Source: a virus
Taxonomy: Duplodnaviria > Heunggongvirae > Uroviricota > Caudoviricetes
Direction: 5' to 3' (one strand)
DNA length: 47,812 nt
Virus record (IMG/VR): IMGVR_UViG_649989947_000010
Span: 1 to 47,812 of that record
How positions within the stretch are numbered: position 1 is the stretch's first letter; every line of letters begins with the position of its first letter. The notes under the pieces are model-generated. The model was not told where the DNA came from. It searched no databases and worked only from the letters and a program-made list of their open reading frames with translations. Positions 40,604 through 47,812 of the stretch are shown piece by piece. Position numbers and translations under genes: made by a program.

Positions 40604-40993
40604 ATGGGCTTCCCTTCTCCTGCGGCGGATTATGTTGAAAGCCGAATTTCTCTTGATCAGCAACTAATCAGGCATCCATCAGCAACCTACTTCATGCGGG
40701 CAGCTGATAGCCATCACCGTGAGGGAATATTGCAGGGTGCTTTGCTGGTGGTTGATTCCTCGCTTACTCCGGTTGATGGTTCTCTGCTTGTGTGCGCTAT
40801 GGAGGGTGAATATCGCATAAAGAGATACAGGAAGTATCCGCGCCAGCACCTGGAGGATTTAAGCACCGGGAAGAAAGAGGCGTTACCAGTAGATGACGAT
40901 GGATGCACGGGCAGTAATGCTGTTTTTGGTGTGATCACTCATGTCATCAATGATGCCCGAAGTGGGGAATTTGATGATTGTCCGGTCATTTAA
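40604..40993 (+). CDS. humD: UmuD-like SOS mutagenesis protein homolog
   Basis: 129-aa S24-type UmuD-like protein downstream of the LexA box; sequence as recalled for P1 HumD. Confidence 0.75.
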   Translation: MGFPSPAADYVESRISLDQQLIRHPSATYFMRAADSHHREGILQGALLVVDSSLTPVDGSLLVCAMEGEYRIKRYRKYPRQHLEDLSTGKKEALPVDDDGCTGSNAVFGVITHVINDARSGEFDDCPVI

Positions 40994-41065
40994 GCTGCAA
41001 AGTGCTGGTGCTTTATGCCTGTGAAGTTTATAATTGTGTACACATAACGAGTACACGAGGTGTTT

Positions 41066-41287
41066 ATGCAATCCATTAACTTCCGTACCGCGCGTGGCAA
41101 CCTTTCTGAAGTGCTCAACAATGTTGAAGCCGGGGAAGAGGTTGAAATCACCCGCAGAGGCCGTGAGCCAGCAGTAATTGTCAGCAAGGCTACTTTCGAA
41201 GCCTACAAAAAAGCGGCGCTGGATGCTGAATTTGCATCCCTGTTTGACACCCTGGACTCCACCAACAAGGAACTGGTTAACCGATAA
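41066..41287 (+). CDS. phd: Phd antitoxin
   Basis: 73 aa beginning [39 protein letters not shown] as recalled for P1 Phd. Confidence 0.9.
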
Positions 41288-41667
41288 TGAGGCATATATC
41301 ACCGGAAGAACTTATTGCGCTTCATGATGCGAATATAAGCCGCTACGGCGGCCTGCCGGGAATGTCAGATCCGGGTAGGGCAGAGGCCATTATCGGGAGA
41401 GTTCAGGCCAGAGTTGCCTACGAAGAGATCACCGACCTTTTCGAAGTCTCCGCCACCTACCTGGTGGCTACAGCGAGAGGGCATATATTCAATGATGCCA
41501 ATAAGCGTACCGCGCTAAACAGTGCGCTGCTATTTCTACGCCGTAACGGGGTGCAGGTATTTGATTCACCTGAACTGGCAGACCTTACTGTAGGCGCTGC
41601 GACTGGCGAGATATCTGTATCTTCTGTCGCCGACACGTTACGTAGATTGTATGGTTCTGCGGAGTAG
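41287..41667 (+). CDS. doc: Doc toxin (Fic-fold kinase)
   Basis: 126 aa; start overlaps phd stop; Fic-like [11 protein letters not shown] motif. Confidence 0.9.
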
Positions 41668-41671
41668 ATTA

Positions 41672-41851
41672 ATGGCACGCAAATACAACAAATTGTCCCG
41701 TGAAGCGTTAAAGATGCTTCTTGATGGCGTGAGTCGCCGCAAGGTAAAGCAATACCTAGTTGGTAAGCAAATTGGTGCCAGGACCGCTATTGCTGTGTTA
41801 TGCCGTCAGGAAATGGTTGTGCTTAAACAGAGAATGCCGGGCAGCAGATAA
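41672..41851 (+). CDS. Small basic protein downstream of doc (pdcA-like)
   Basis: 59 aa; ATG at 41672 with RBS GGAG. Confidence 0.45.
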   Translation: MARKYNKLSREALKMLLDGVSRRKVKQYLVGKQIGARTAIAVLCRQEMVVLKQRMPGSR

Positions 41852-41878
41852 AGCCCAATCAGTGATGAAAGGTGTGAT

Positions 41879-42922
41879 GTGAAAGCCGTAATTACTCCCT
41901 TTGTACAGAAAGAGCTTGGCCTCGCCACGTTCAAAGTGGATCAGGAGGTCAGAAAGCTGGTGGAGGCTGGCCGTAAATTTATTATGGAGCCGGTGCCGCG
42001 TGAGTTAATCGAGCACGTGGAAGACGGCCTCGTTGTTACCGAGCAAACCATGGCAACAAATGAGGCGTTGCAGCCGTTTTTTAACAGCGATGAACTGTTT
42101 CGCCGTATTGGTGGAATTGACGCGCTGGTGGCGTGGTTGCGCAGGAAAGAGGGACAATGCCAGGCCGCAGATCGTAGCTGGTGTGACAACCATATTGTCC
42201 ACGCAGAACGAGACAATAGCGCGGTGTTGTTGTGCTGGCATCACGATAACCATTACCGGATGCGTGGTTTTAATGAGCTGAAAGAAACGCTGCATAATAA
42301 TCGCGTTAACTGGATACTGGATGTCGCCCGTCAGGAAATGGGGCTTTCAGATGGCCATGATTTAAGTATTCAGGAACTGTGCTGGTGGGCTTTCATGCGC
42401 AACATGATGCACCTGATGCCGGAAGAAGTTTGCCGTATATCAATAAATAAGATGAAAGCCGCAACGCAGGATAGCGGACCTCTGAAAGAGGCGGATATTC
42501 GCCCGTATGACGATCGCGCTACAGCATATGTTCAGATGATGGAAGAACGCGCTGCGCCGATGCGTGCAAAAGTATGCCCTGTGGATGTTGACTCCGACCC
42601 TGGCATGGCGCATTTCAAAATACCAAAACTGCAATCGCTAAAATTACCTGAGTACATGGACTTTGTTGCTTCCCGTCCATGCTGTGGGTGTGGAGCTGCG
42701 GGAGCTGGCGCTCACATTACGCCTTATATCGTTCGTCATAGTCGATTATGCGCGCATGACATTTACGCAATTCCTCTGTGCCAGTCATGCCAGCGTGATA
42801 TTGAGCGTGACCGCGATAATTGGGAGAAAACGCACGGCAGGCTGGCGATGCATCAACGATTGTTCTTTGATTACGCGCTTGGAGTCGGCGCTATCACAAG
42901 TCATTCGTCGAGCGTTAGATAA
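41879..42922 (+). CDS. Cys/His-rich protein downstream of doc (pdcB-like)
   Basis: GTG start with RBS AAAGGTG; CWHHDNH and [12 protein letters not shown]...C..C..C clusters. Confidence 0.5.
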   Translation: MKAVITPFVQKELGLATFKVDQEVRKLVEAGRKFIMEPVPRELIEHVEDGLVVTEQTMATNEALQPFFNSDELFRRIGGIDALVAWLRRKEGQCQAADRSWCDNHIVHAERDNSAVLLCWHHDNHYRMRGFNELKETLHNNRVNWILDVARQEMGLSDGHDLSIQELCWWAFMRNMMHLMPEEVCRISINKMKAATQDSGPLKEADIRPYDDRATAYVQMMEERAAPMRAKVCPVDVDSDPGMAHFKIPKLQSLKLPEYMDFVASRPCCGCGAAGAGAHITPYIVRHSRLCAHDIYAIPLCQSCQRDIERDRDNWEKTHGRLAMHQRLFFDYALGVGAITSHSSSVR

Positions 42923-42923
42923 A

Positions 42924-42940
42924 ATTGCTCTAATGTATTG
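42924..42940 (+). promoter_or_regulatory. C1 operator-like site upstream of lpa (ATTGCTCTAATGTATTG)
   Basis: 14/17 to consensus, between pdcB-like stop and lpa. Confidence 0.5.
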
Positions 42941-43010
42941 CTATTTCTTTAATCGAGGGTATTATATTCCACGTTGATTAGTTGACATGGGCTAATCAGT
43001 AGGTGACAGG

Positions 43011-43463
43011 ATGTTACTTAACTGGCAGGGACGCCACTTCATGGAAATAAATCACTCACGAATAACATCGTACGAGATTGCGGATTACATGATCCGCACT
43101 AAATCTCTTCTATCAGCGAAAGAACTCGCAGCAATCCTTGAAAAGGAATACCCGCATCTGGATGTCGATAAGCGCGACGTTTATCTGCGCTTAAAGGCTA
43201 TCGCTGTGTCTAAGTATTCGTCTGTTTTGATTGACGATAGTACACGCCCACGTAGATTTCAGATCCACTCTCTGAACCCTGAATTCTTTCGCCGCAGCCG
43301 CGCTCCGCGCCGGTTTGATGAAAAACTCCAGAACGAACTCTATATGACGCAGGACGAAAAGGAACGCCGGGAGCACCAGCCTTGGGTAATGGCGCGTCAA
43401 CTTTTCAATAAGGTGGCCCGTCAGCACCGTCATTACGGTAATGCCACATCCGCACGTATCTGA
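43011..43463 (+). CDS. lpa: Late promoter activator
   Basis: 150-aa basic protein immediately upstream of pacA; assigned by synteny. Confidence 0.6.
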   Translation: MLLNWQGRHFMEINHSRITSYEIADYMIRTKSLLSAKELAAILEKEYPHLDVDKRDVYLRLKAIAVSKYSSVLIDDSTRPRRFQIHSLNPEFFRRSRAPRRFDEKLQNELYMTQDEKERREHQPWVMARQLFNKVARQHRHYGNATSARI

Positions 43464-43548
43464 TTGATTGCTTGCCCGTTCCGGGCCTTTTGACATGTGA
43501 CTTTCGTTACCCTCGCGTCAAAAAGAGTTTTTACGAAAGGAAGCATAA

Positions 43549-44742
43549 GTGACCTGGGACGATCACAAGAAGAATTTTGCTCGCCTGGCGCGAGATGGTG
43601 GTTACACCATCGCACAGTATGCCGCCGAGTTTAATCTTAACCCTAATACTGCACGTCGTTATCTCCGTGCCTTCAAAGAAGACACCAGGACAGCGGACAG
43701 CCGCAAGCCAAATAAGCCAGTCAGGAAGCCACTAAAAAGCATGATCATTGATCACTCTAATGATCAACATGCAGGTGATCATATTGCGGCGGAAATAGCG
43801 GAAAAACAAAGAGTTAATGCCGTTGTAAGTGCCGCAGTAGAGAATGCGAAGCGCCAAAATAAGCGCATAAATGATCGTTCAGATGATCATGACGTGATCA
43901 CCCGCGCCCACCGGACCTTACGTGATCGCCTGGAACGCGACACCCTGGATGATGATGGTGAACGCTTTGAATTCGAAGCTGGCGATTACCTGATAGATAA
44001 CGTTGAAGCGCGGAAGGCTGCGCGCGCTATGTTGCGTCGGTCCGGGGCCGATGTTCTGGAAACCACTCTTCTTGAAAAGTCTCTTTCTCATCTCCTTATG
44101 CTGGAGAACGCCAGGGATACGTGTATTCGCCTGGTGCAGGAAATGCGCGATCAGCAAAAAGCCGATGATGAAGGTACTCCGCCTGAATACCGTATCGCGA
44201 GCATGCTGAACAGCTGTTCCGCGCAGATAAGCAGCCTGATCAACACCATTTACAGCATCCGGAATAACTATCGAAAAGAAAGCCGGGAGGCGGAAAAGCA
44301 CGCTTTATCTATGGGGCAAGCTGGCATTGTTAAGCTGGCATACGAACGAAAGCGTGAAAATAACTGGTCAGTGCTGGAAGCGGCTGAATTCATCGAGGCG
44401 CATGGAGGGAAAGTGCCGCCCCTGATGCTGGAACAAATCAAAGCCGATCTGCGTGCTCCTAAGACAAATACCGATGATGAGGAAAGGCAAACTGCCGTCG
44501 GTGGCCCTTCTCTTGAAGATCTGGACAAAGTTGCGCGAGAACGGGCCGCCAACCGCCGCGCCGATGCTGCATTGTGGATTGAGCAACGTAGGGAAGAAAT
44601 CGCCGATATCGTTGATACAGGCGGTTATGGAGATGTTGATACTGAAGGTGTATCAAACGAACCATGGCTGGAACAAGACCTGGACGAAGACGAGGAGGAA
44701 GACGAAGAAGTTACCCGCAAGCTATACGGGGATGATGATTAA
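43549..44742 (+). CDS. pacA: Terminase small subunit PacA
   Basis: 397 aa, GTG start, contains the hexamer pac site; acidic C-terminus EDEEEDEEV; as recalled for P1 PacA. Confidence 0.85.
   Translation: MTWDDHKKNFARLARDGGYTIAQYAAEFNLNPNTARRYLRAFKEDTRTADSRKPNKPVRKPLKSMIIDHSNDQHAGDHIAAEIAEKQRVNAVVSAAVENAKRQNKRINDRSDDHDVITRAHRTLRDRLERDTLDDDGERFEFEAGDYLIDNVEARKAARAMLRRSGADVLETTLLEKSLSHLLMLENARDTCIRLVQEMRDQQKADDEGTPPEYRIASMLNSCSAQISSLINTIYSIRNNYRKESREAEKHALSMGQAGIVKLAYERKRENNWSVLEAAEFIEAHGGKVPPLMLEQIKADLRAPKTNTDDEERQTAVGGPSLEDLDKVARERAANRRADAALWIEQRREEIADIVDTGGYGDVDTEGVSNEPWLEQDLDEDEEEDEEVTRKLYGDDD
43742..43927 (+). other. pac: pac packaging site: two clusters of TGATCA/G hexamers (four each) flanking the cut region
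   Basis: TGATCA at 43742, 43749, 43761, 43776; TGATCG/TGATCA at 43872, 43884, 43895, 43922; each contains a GATC Dam site. Confidence 0.8.
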
Positions 44743-46226
44743 TGGCCAGAAGTTGCGTAACGGATCCACGTTGGCGCGAGCTGGTGGCGCTATATCGTTA
44801 TGACTGGATTGCGGCCGCTGATGTTTTGTTTGGCAAAACACCTACCTGGCAGCAGGATCTGATTATTGAGTCTGTGCAGGAACAGGGTAGCAAGACATCT
44901 GTTTCGTCTGGCCATGGTACCGGGAAATCAGATATGACTTCTATCATGATCATGCTGTTCATAATCATGTATCCCGGTGCCCGTGCCATTATCGTTGCGA
45001 ACAAAATTCAGCAGGTAATGACCGGTATATTCAAGTACATCAAGATAAACTGGGCTACGGCCACCAGCCGTTTCCCATGGCTTGCTGATTATTTTGTTCT
45101 GACAGAAACCGCTTTCTATGAGGTTACTGGTAAAGGTGTATGGACTGTAGTACCGAAGGGCTTTCGTCTGGGAAGTGAAGAAGCTCTCGCCGGTGAACAC
45201 GCAGATCATCTTCTGTATATTATTGATGAAGCCTCCGGTGTCAGTGATAGAGCTTTCGGTATCATCACCGGTGCTCTTACCGGACAGGATAACCGCATCT
45301 TATTACTGTCACAGCCTACACGCCCAAGCGGCTATTTCTACGATACACACCATAAACTGGCCAAGCGTCCTGGTAACCCTGATGGCGTTTATACGGCGAT
45401 CACGCTTAACAGTGAGGAATCACCGCTGGTAACGCCAGCATTTATCAAAATGAAGCTGGCGGAGTACGGCGGGCGTGATAACCCTATGTACATGATTAAG
45501 GTACGCGGCCTATTCCCTAAATCACAGGATGGCTTCCTTCTTGGACGTGATGAGGTTGAACGTGCAACGCGGCGGAAAGTCAAGATTGCCAAAGGATGGG
45601 GCTGGCTTGCATGTGTGGACGTTGCTGGTGGTACGGGACGGGATAAGTCCGTTATCAATATCATGATGGTGTCCGGCCAGCGAAATAAACGCCGTGTAAT
45701 CAACTATCGAATGCTGGAATACACAGACGTTACAGAAACGCAGCTTGCCGCCAAAATTTTCGCAGAATGCAATCCTGAGCGATTCCCAAATATCACCATA
45801 GCGATAGACGGCGATGGCCTGGGTAAAGCAACGGCGGATCTGATGTACGAGTATTATGGTATTACCGTACAGCGTATACGCTGGGGTAAAAAGATGCATA
45901 GCCGTGAAGATAAGAGCCTGTACTTTGATAAACGTGCTTATGCCAACGTTCAAGCCGCAGAGGCCGTAAAATCTGGTCGTATGAGACTGGATAAGGGTAA
46001 TGAAACTATTGAGGAAGCGTCGAAAATCCCTGTAGGGATTAACTCCGCAGGTCAATGGAAGGTGATGAGTAAGGAGGATATGAAGAAAAAACTCAACCTG
46101 CACTCACCAGACCATTGGGATACATATTGTTTCGCTATGCTGGCGGATTATGTTCCCCAGGATGAAGTGCTTAGCGTCGAAGACGAAGCGCAGGTTGATG
46201 AAGCTCTGGCATGGCTTAATGAATAA
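44742..46226 (+). CDS. pacB: Terminase large subunit PacB
   Basis: 494 aa; start overlaps pacA stop; Walker-like GHGTGKSD. Confidence 0.85.
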   Translation: MARSCVTDPRWRELVALYRYDWIAAADVLFGKTPTWQQDLIIESVQEQGSKTSVSSGHGTGKSDMTSIMIMLFIIMYPGARAIIVANKIQQVMTGIFKYIKINWATATSRFPWLADYFVLTETAFYEVTGKGVWTVVPKGFRLGSEEALAGEHADHLLYIIDEASGVSDRAFGIITGALTGQDNRILLLSQPTRPSGYFYDTHHKLAKRPGNPDGVYTAITLNSEESPLVTPAFIKMKLAEYGGRDNPMYMIKVRGLFPKSQDGFLLGRDEVERATRRKVKIAKGWGWLACVDVAGGTGRDKSVINIMMVSGQRNKRRVINYRMLEYTDVTETQLAAKIFAECNPERFPNITIAIDGDGLGKATADLMYEYYGITVQRIRWGKKMHSREDKSLYFDKRAYANVQAAEAVKSGRMRLDKGNETIEEASKIPVGINSAGQWKVMSKEDMKKKLNLHSPDHWDTYCFAMLADYVPQDEVLSVEDEAQVDEALAWLNE

Positions 46227-46250
46227 CTCATTGACCATGCCGGATAAAAA

Positions 46251-47102
46251 CTATTGCGCGCTTTCGGGGTTGTCGTTTACTGGCTGCCCCTTCTTCGTTT
46301 TACGGCTGCGCGTAACTGATGCGGCTGATTTGACCTTTTTCTCTTCGCGAGTGATGGCAATTTGTTTTTTTACATTTTCAATATCTGCCAGGCGATATAT
46401 TTTTGCCTGCGGCCAGCGGTCGCAGATGATCGGTTCTATAGAGTCATAAAGGCTAAATTTTGCTTTCTCGAATTCACCGTTGATGATGATTCCATCACGG
46501 AGAGTTTCATCGCAGATAAACACACCACATAGCGGCACATGGTAACTAACTGATTTACCATCATTGTAGTTAGGGCTACTGGAAATGTAATGGACGCGCA
46601 GCATTGTTTCGCTAAAGCCGTGTACGCGCATACGGAATTTTTCATCCTCCGGGTACTGCTTCATTAGCTCTTTTGTTGCTTCCAGGTTCTCTATGTATTT
46701 CGCACTGTGCTCATTGATCCCCGCGCTTTTTTGGATGCGAATGTCCTTATCAATCAGATGAATAATGCGGCCAGCGGTCATATTGACGCTGTTCACTGCT
46801 TCTGTCTGATAAGTTGTAACCTTACGCACACCGCGAAGGATGTTAGGCACTGGATATAAAATAGTCTTTGGGATATTGAGGTCTGGGTACTGTTCCAGTT
46901 CCCGCGCCATTAAAGTCCATTTATCAATTTCAGCCTGAATGCTGTCCGTTTCTTTGAACGGCAGAACGACAACCGGGCGTACAGGACGACCGTCGCTGGC
47001 GGCATCAACGTGTTGGGCGCGTGCAACAGCTTTTTTTAGAAAGAGATCCCTGAAGCTGACGAACTCCTGGTACAGTTGTTCGCCGTAGACATAATTTATC
47101 AT
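46251..47102 (-). CDS. c1: C1 repressor of lytic functions
   Basis: 283 aa; matching operators occur throughout the window; as recalled for P1 C1. Confidence 0.85.
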   Translation of the reverse strand: MINYVYGEQLYQEFVSFRDLFLKKAVARAQHVDAASDGRPVRPVVVLPFKETDSIQAEIDKWTLMARELEQYPDLNIPKTILYPVPNILRGVRKVTTYQTEAVNSVNMTAGRIIHLIDKDIRIQKSAGINEHSAKYIENLEATKELMKQYPEDEKFRMRVHGFSETMLRVHYISSSPNYNDGKSVSYHVPLCGVFICDETLRDGIIINGEFEKAKFSLYDSIEPIICDRWPQAKIYRLADIENVKKQIAITREEKKVKSAASVTRSRKTKKGQPVNDNPESAQ

Positions 47103-47188
47103 TGATCCTCCTCCAGAATTGACATGGCCAACAACTCACAGCGGATTACACTGGGAGTTGTTGGCCACCATTATAGAAGGATCCAACG

Positions 47189-47205
47189 AAAATAATAGAT
47201 TTATT
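47189..47205 (-). promoter_or_regulatory. C1 operator-like site between coi and c1
   Basis: Plus strand AGATTTATTAGTGCATT, 14/17 to reverse consensus. Confidence 0.5.
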
Positions 47206-47212
47206 AGTGCAT

Positions 47213-47422
47213 TTATTGTGAGTCTGGCTGGTTAGTGGCCATGAGATATTCGATTGTGTCAGTGAGATCATCCAGGTCGTCTTGGGTGATGCGGTACTCC
47301 TGATTGGATATCTTTGAGTAGTGTTCAGCAATGGCGCGGGCAGCGTCGGTTTCGGCGGGGTCTACAGATAAAGCGTTAGAGCAATGTCTAACGTCGTCGA
47401 TGGTTGGTGGAATGAAAGCCAT
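47213..47422 (-). CDS. coi: Coi, C1 inactivator
   Basis: 69-aa acidic protein directly upstream of c1; as recalled for P1 Coi. Confidence 0.8.
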   Translation of the reverse strand: MAFIPPTIDDVRHCSNALSVDPAETDAARAIAEHYSKISNQEYRITQDDLDDLTDTIEYLMATNQPDSQ

Positions 47423-47660
47423 AATTATGCCTCACTGTATTGACAACACAGAGCCTGAAGCTCTGACCTACTGTTTCACCCATGATCCATGCTGGGGTAA
47501 TCTAACAACATTGCGCTGTGTGTAAGATGAGCAATGCATAGCTGTAATGCCGTTGTATAAGGTTTCCCTGTTTGCTCATTTCCTTCTGAGCCGCTCTACA
47601 ACGCTGAAGACACATTAAATAGTGAATCCAAAGTCGTATTACGAAACGGCGGCAAAACTA

Positions 47661-47677
47661 TAATTTATTAGAGCAAT
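47661..47677 (-). promoter_or_regulatory. C1 operator (plus strand TAATTTATTAGAGCAAT)
   Basis: 16/17 to reverse consensus, upstream of coi. Confidence 0.7.
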
Positions 47678-47753
47678 TGTCAAACAACTATGAAAAACAA
47701 TCCAGTTTTTGGCTGGTGGAGTGGGATTTTTCTCTCAAAATTTATTGCTCTAA

Positions 47754-47770
47754 TAATTCTTGATTTTTAT
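47754..47770 (+). promoter_or_regulatory. C1 operator-like site (ATTGCTCTAATAATTCT)
   Basis: 15/17; same variant as the 27979 site. Confidence 0.6.
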
Positions 47771-47803
47771 GCGCAGCTGGACGTAAACTCCTCTTCGGAC
47801 CTA

Positions 47804-47812
47804 ATAACTTCG
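47804..47812 (+). other. loxP: First 9 bp of a loxP-like site (ATAACTTCG), cut by window end
   Basis: Window ends CCTAATAACTTCG, matching the start of the loxP left arm ATAACTTCGTATA; position relative to c1-coi fits P1. Confidence 0.4.

Overview
This 47.8-kb window reads as roughly half of a P1-type temperate phage-plasmid (Punavirus-like), running from the partition site parS to the first 9 bp of a loxP-like site at the right edge. Recognised by motif and synteny, with no database search run: a parB-parA-repA plasmid module with iteron-flanked RepA, GATC cluster and DnaA box; a C1-operator-controlled operon (uhr-like, RdgC homolog hrdC, fused C5/N6 methyltransferase dmt, tRNA-Asn, tRNA-Thr, tRNA-Ile(CAU), DnaB-type helicase ban, glycosyltransferase-like dbn); a minus-strand baseplate/structural operon; a long rightward operon of small accessory genes including a lambda-type Ser/Thr phosphatase; and humD with a LexA box, phd-doc, pdcA/pdcB-like genes, lpa, pacA (with hexamer pac site), pacB, c1 and coi. 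Features that stand out from that backbone are (i) a T5orf172/GIY-YIG-like gene with an in-frame amber codon and its own terminator between the incA iterons and parA, (ii) an array of four to five degenerate ~90-100-bp long-hairpin elements with tRNA T-arm-like cores next to the tRNA genes, (iii) a complete IS10 abutting a 5'-truncated IS10 inside one 9-bp target duplication, disrupting a small gene, (iv) a four-gene glycosyltransferase-like/phosphatase operon, (v) a gene cassette bracketed by C1 operators and terminators, and (vi) at least eleven C1 operator-like sites. I could not single out one clear novel system; the candidates are ranked in the findings. All identifications rest on reading the sequence and recalled family signatures; percent identities were not computed.
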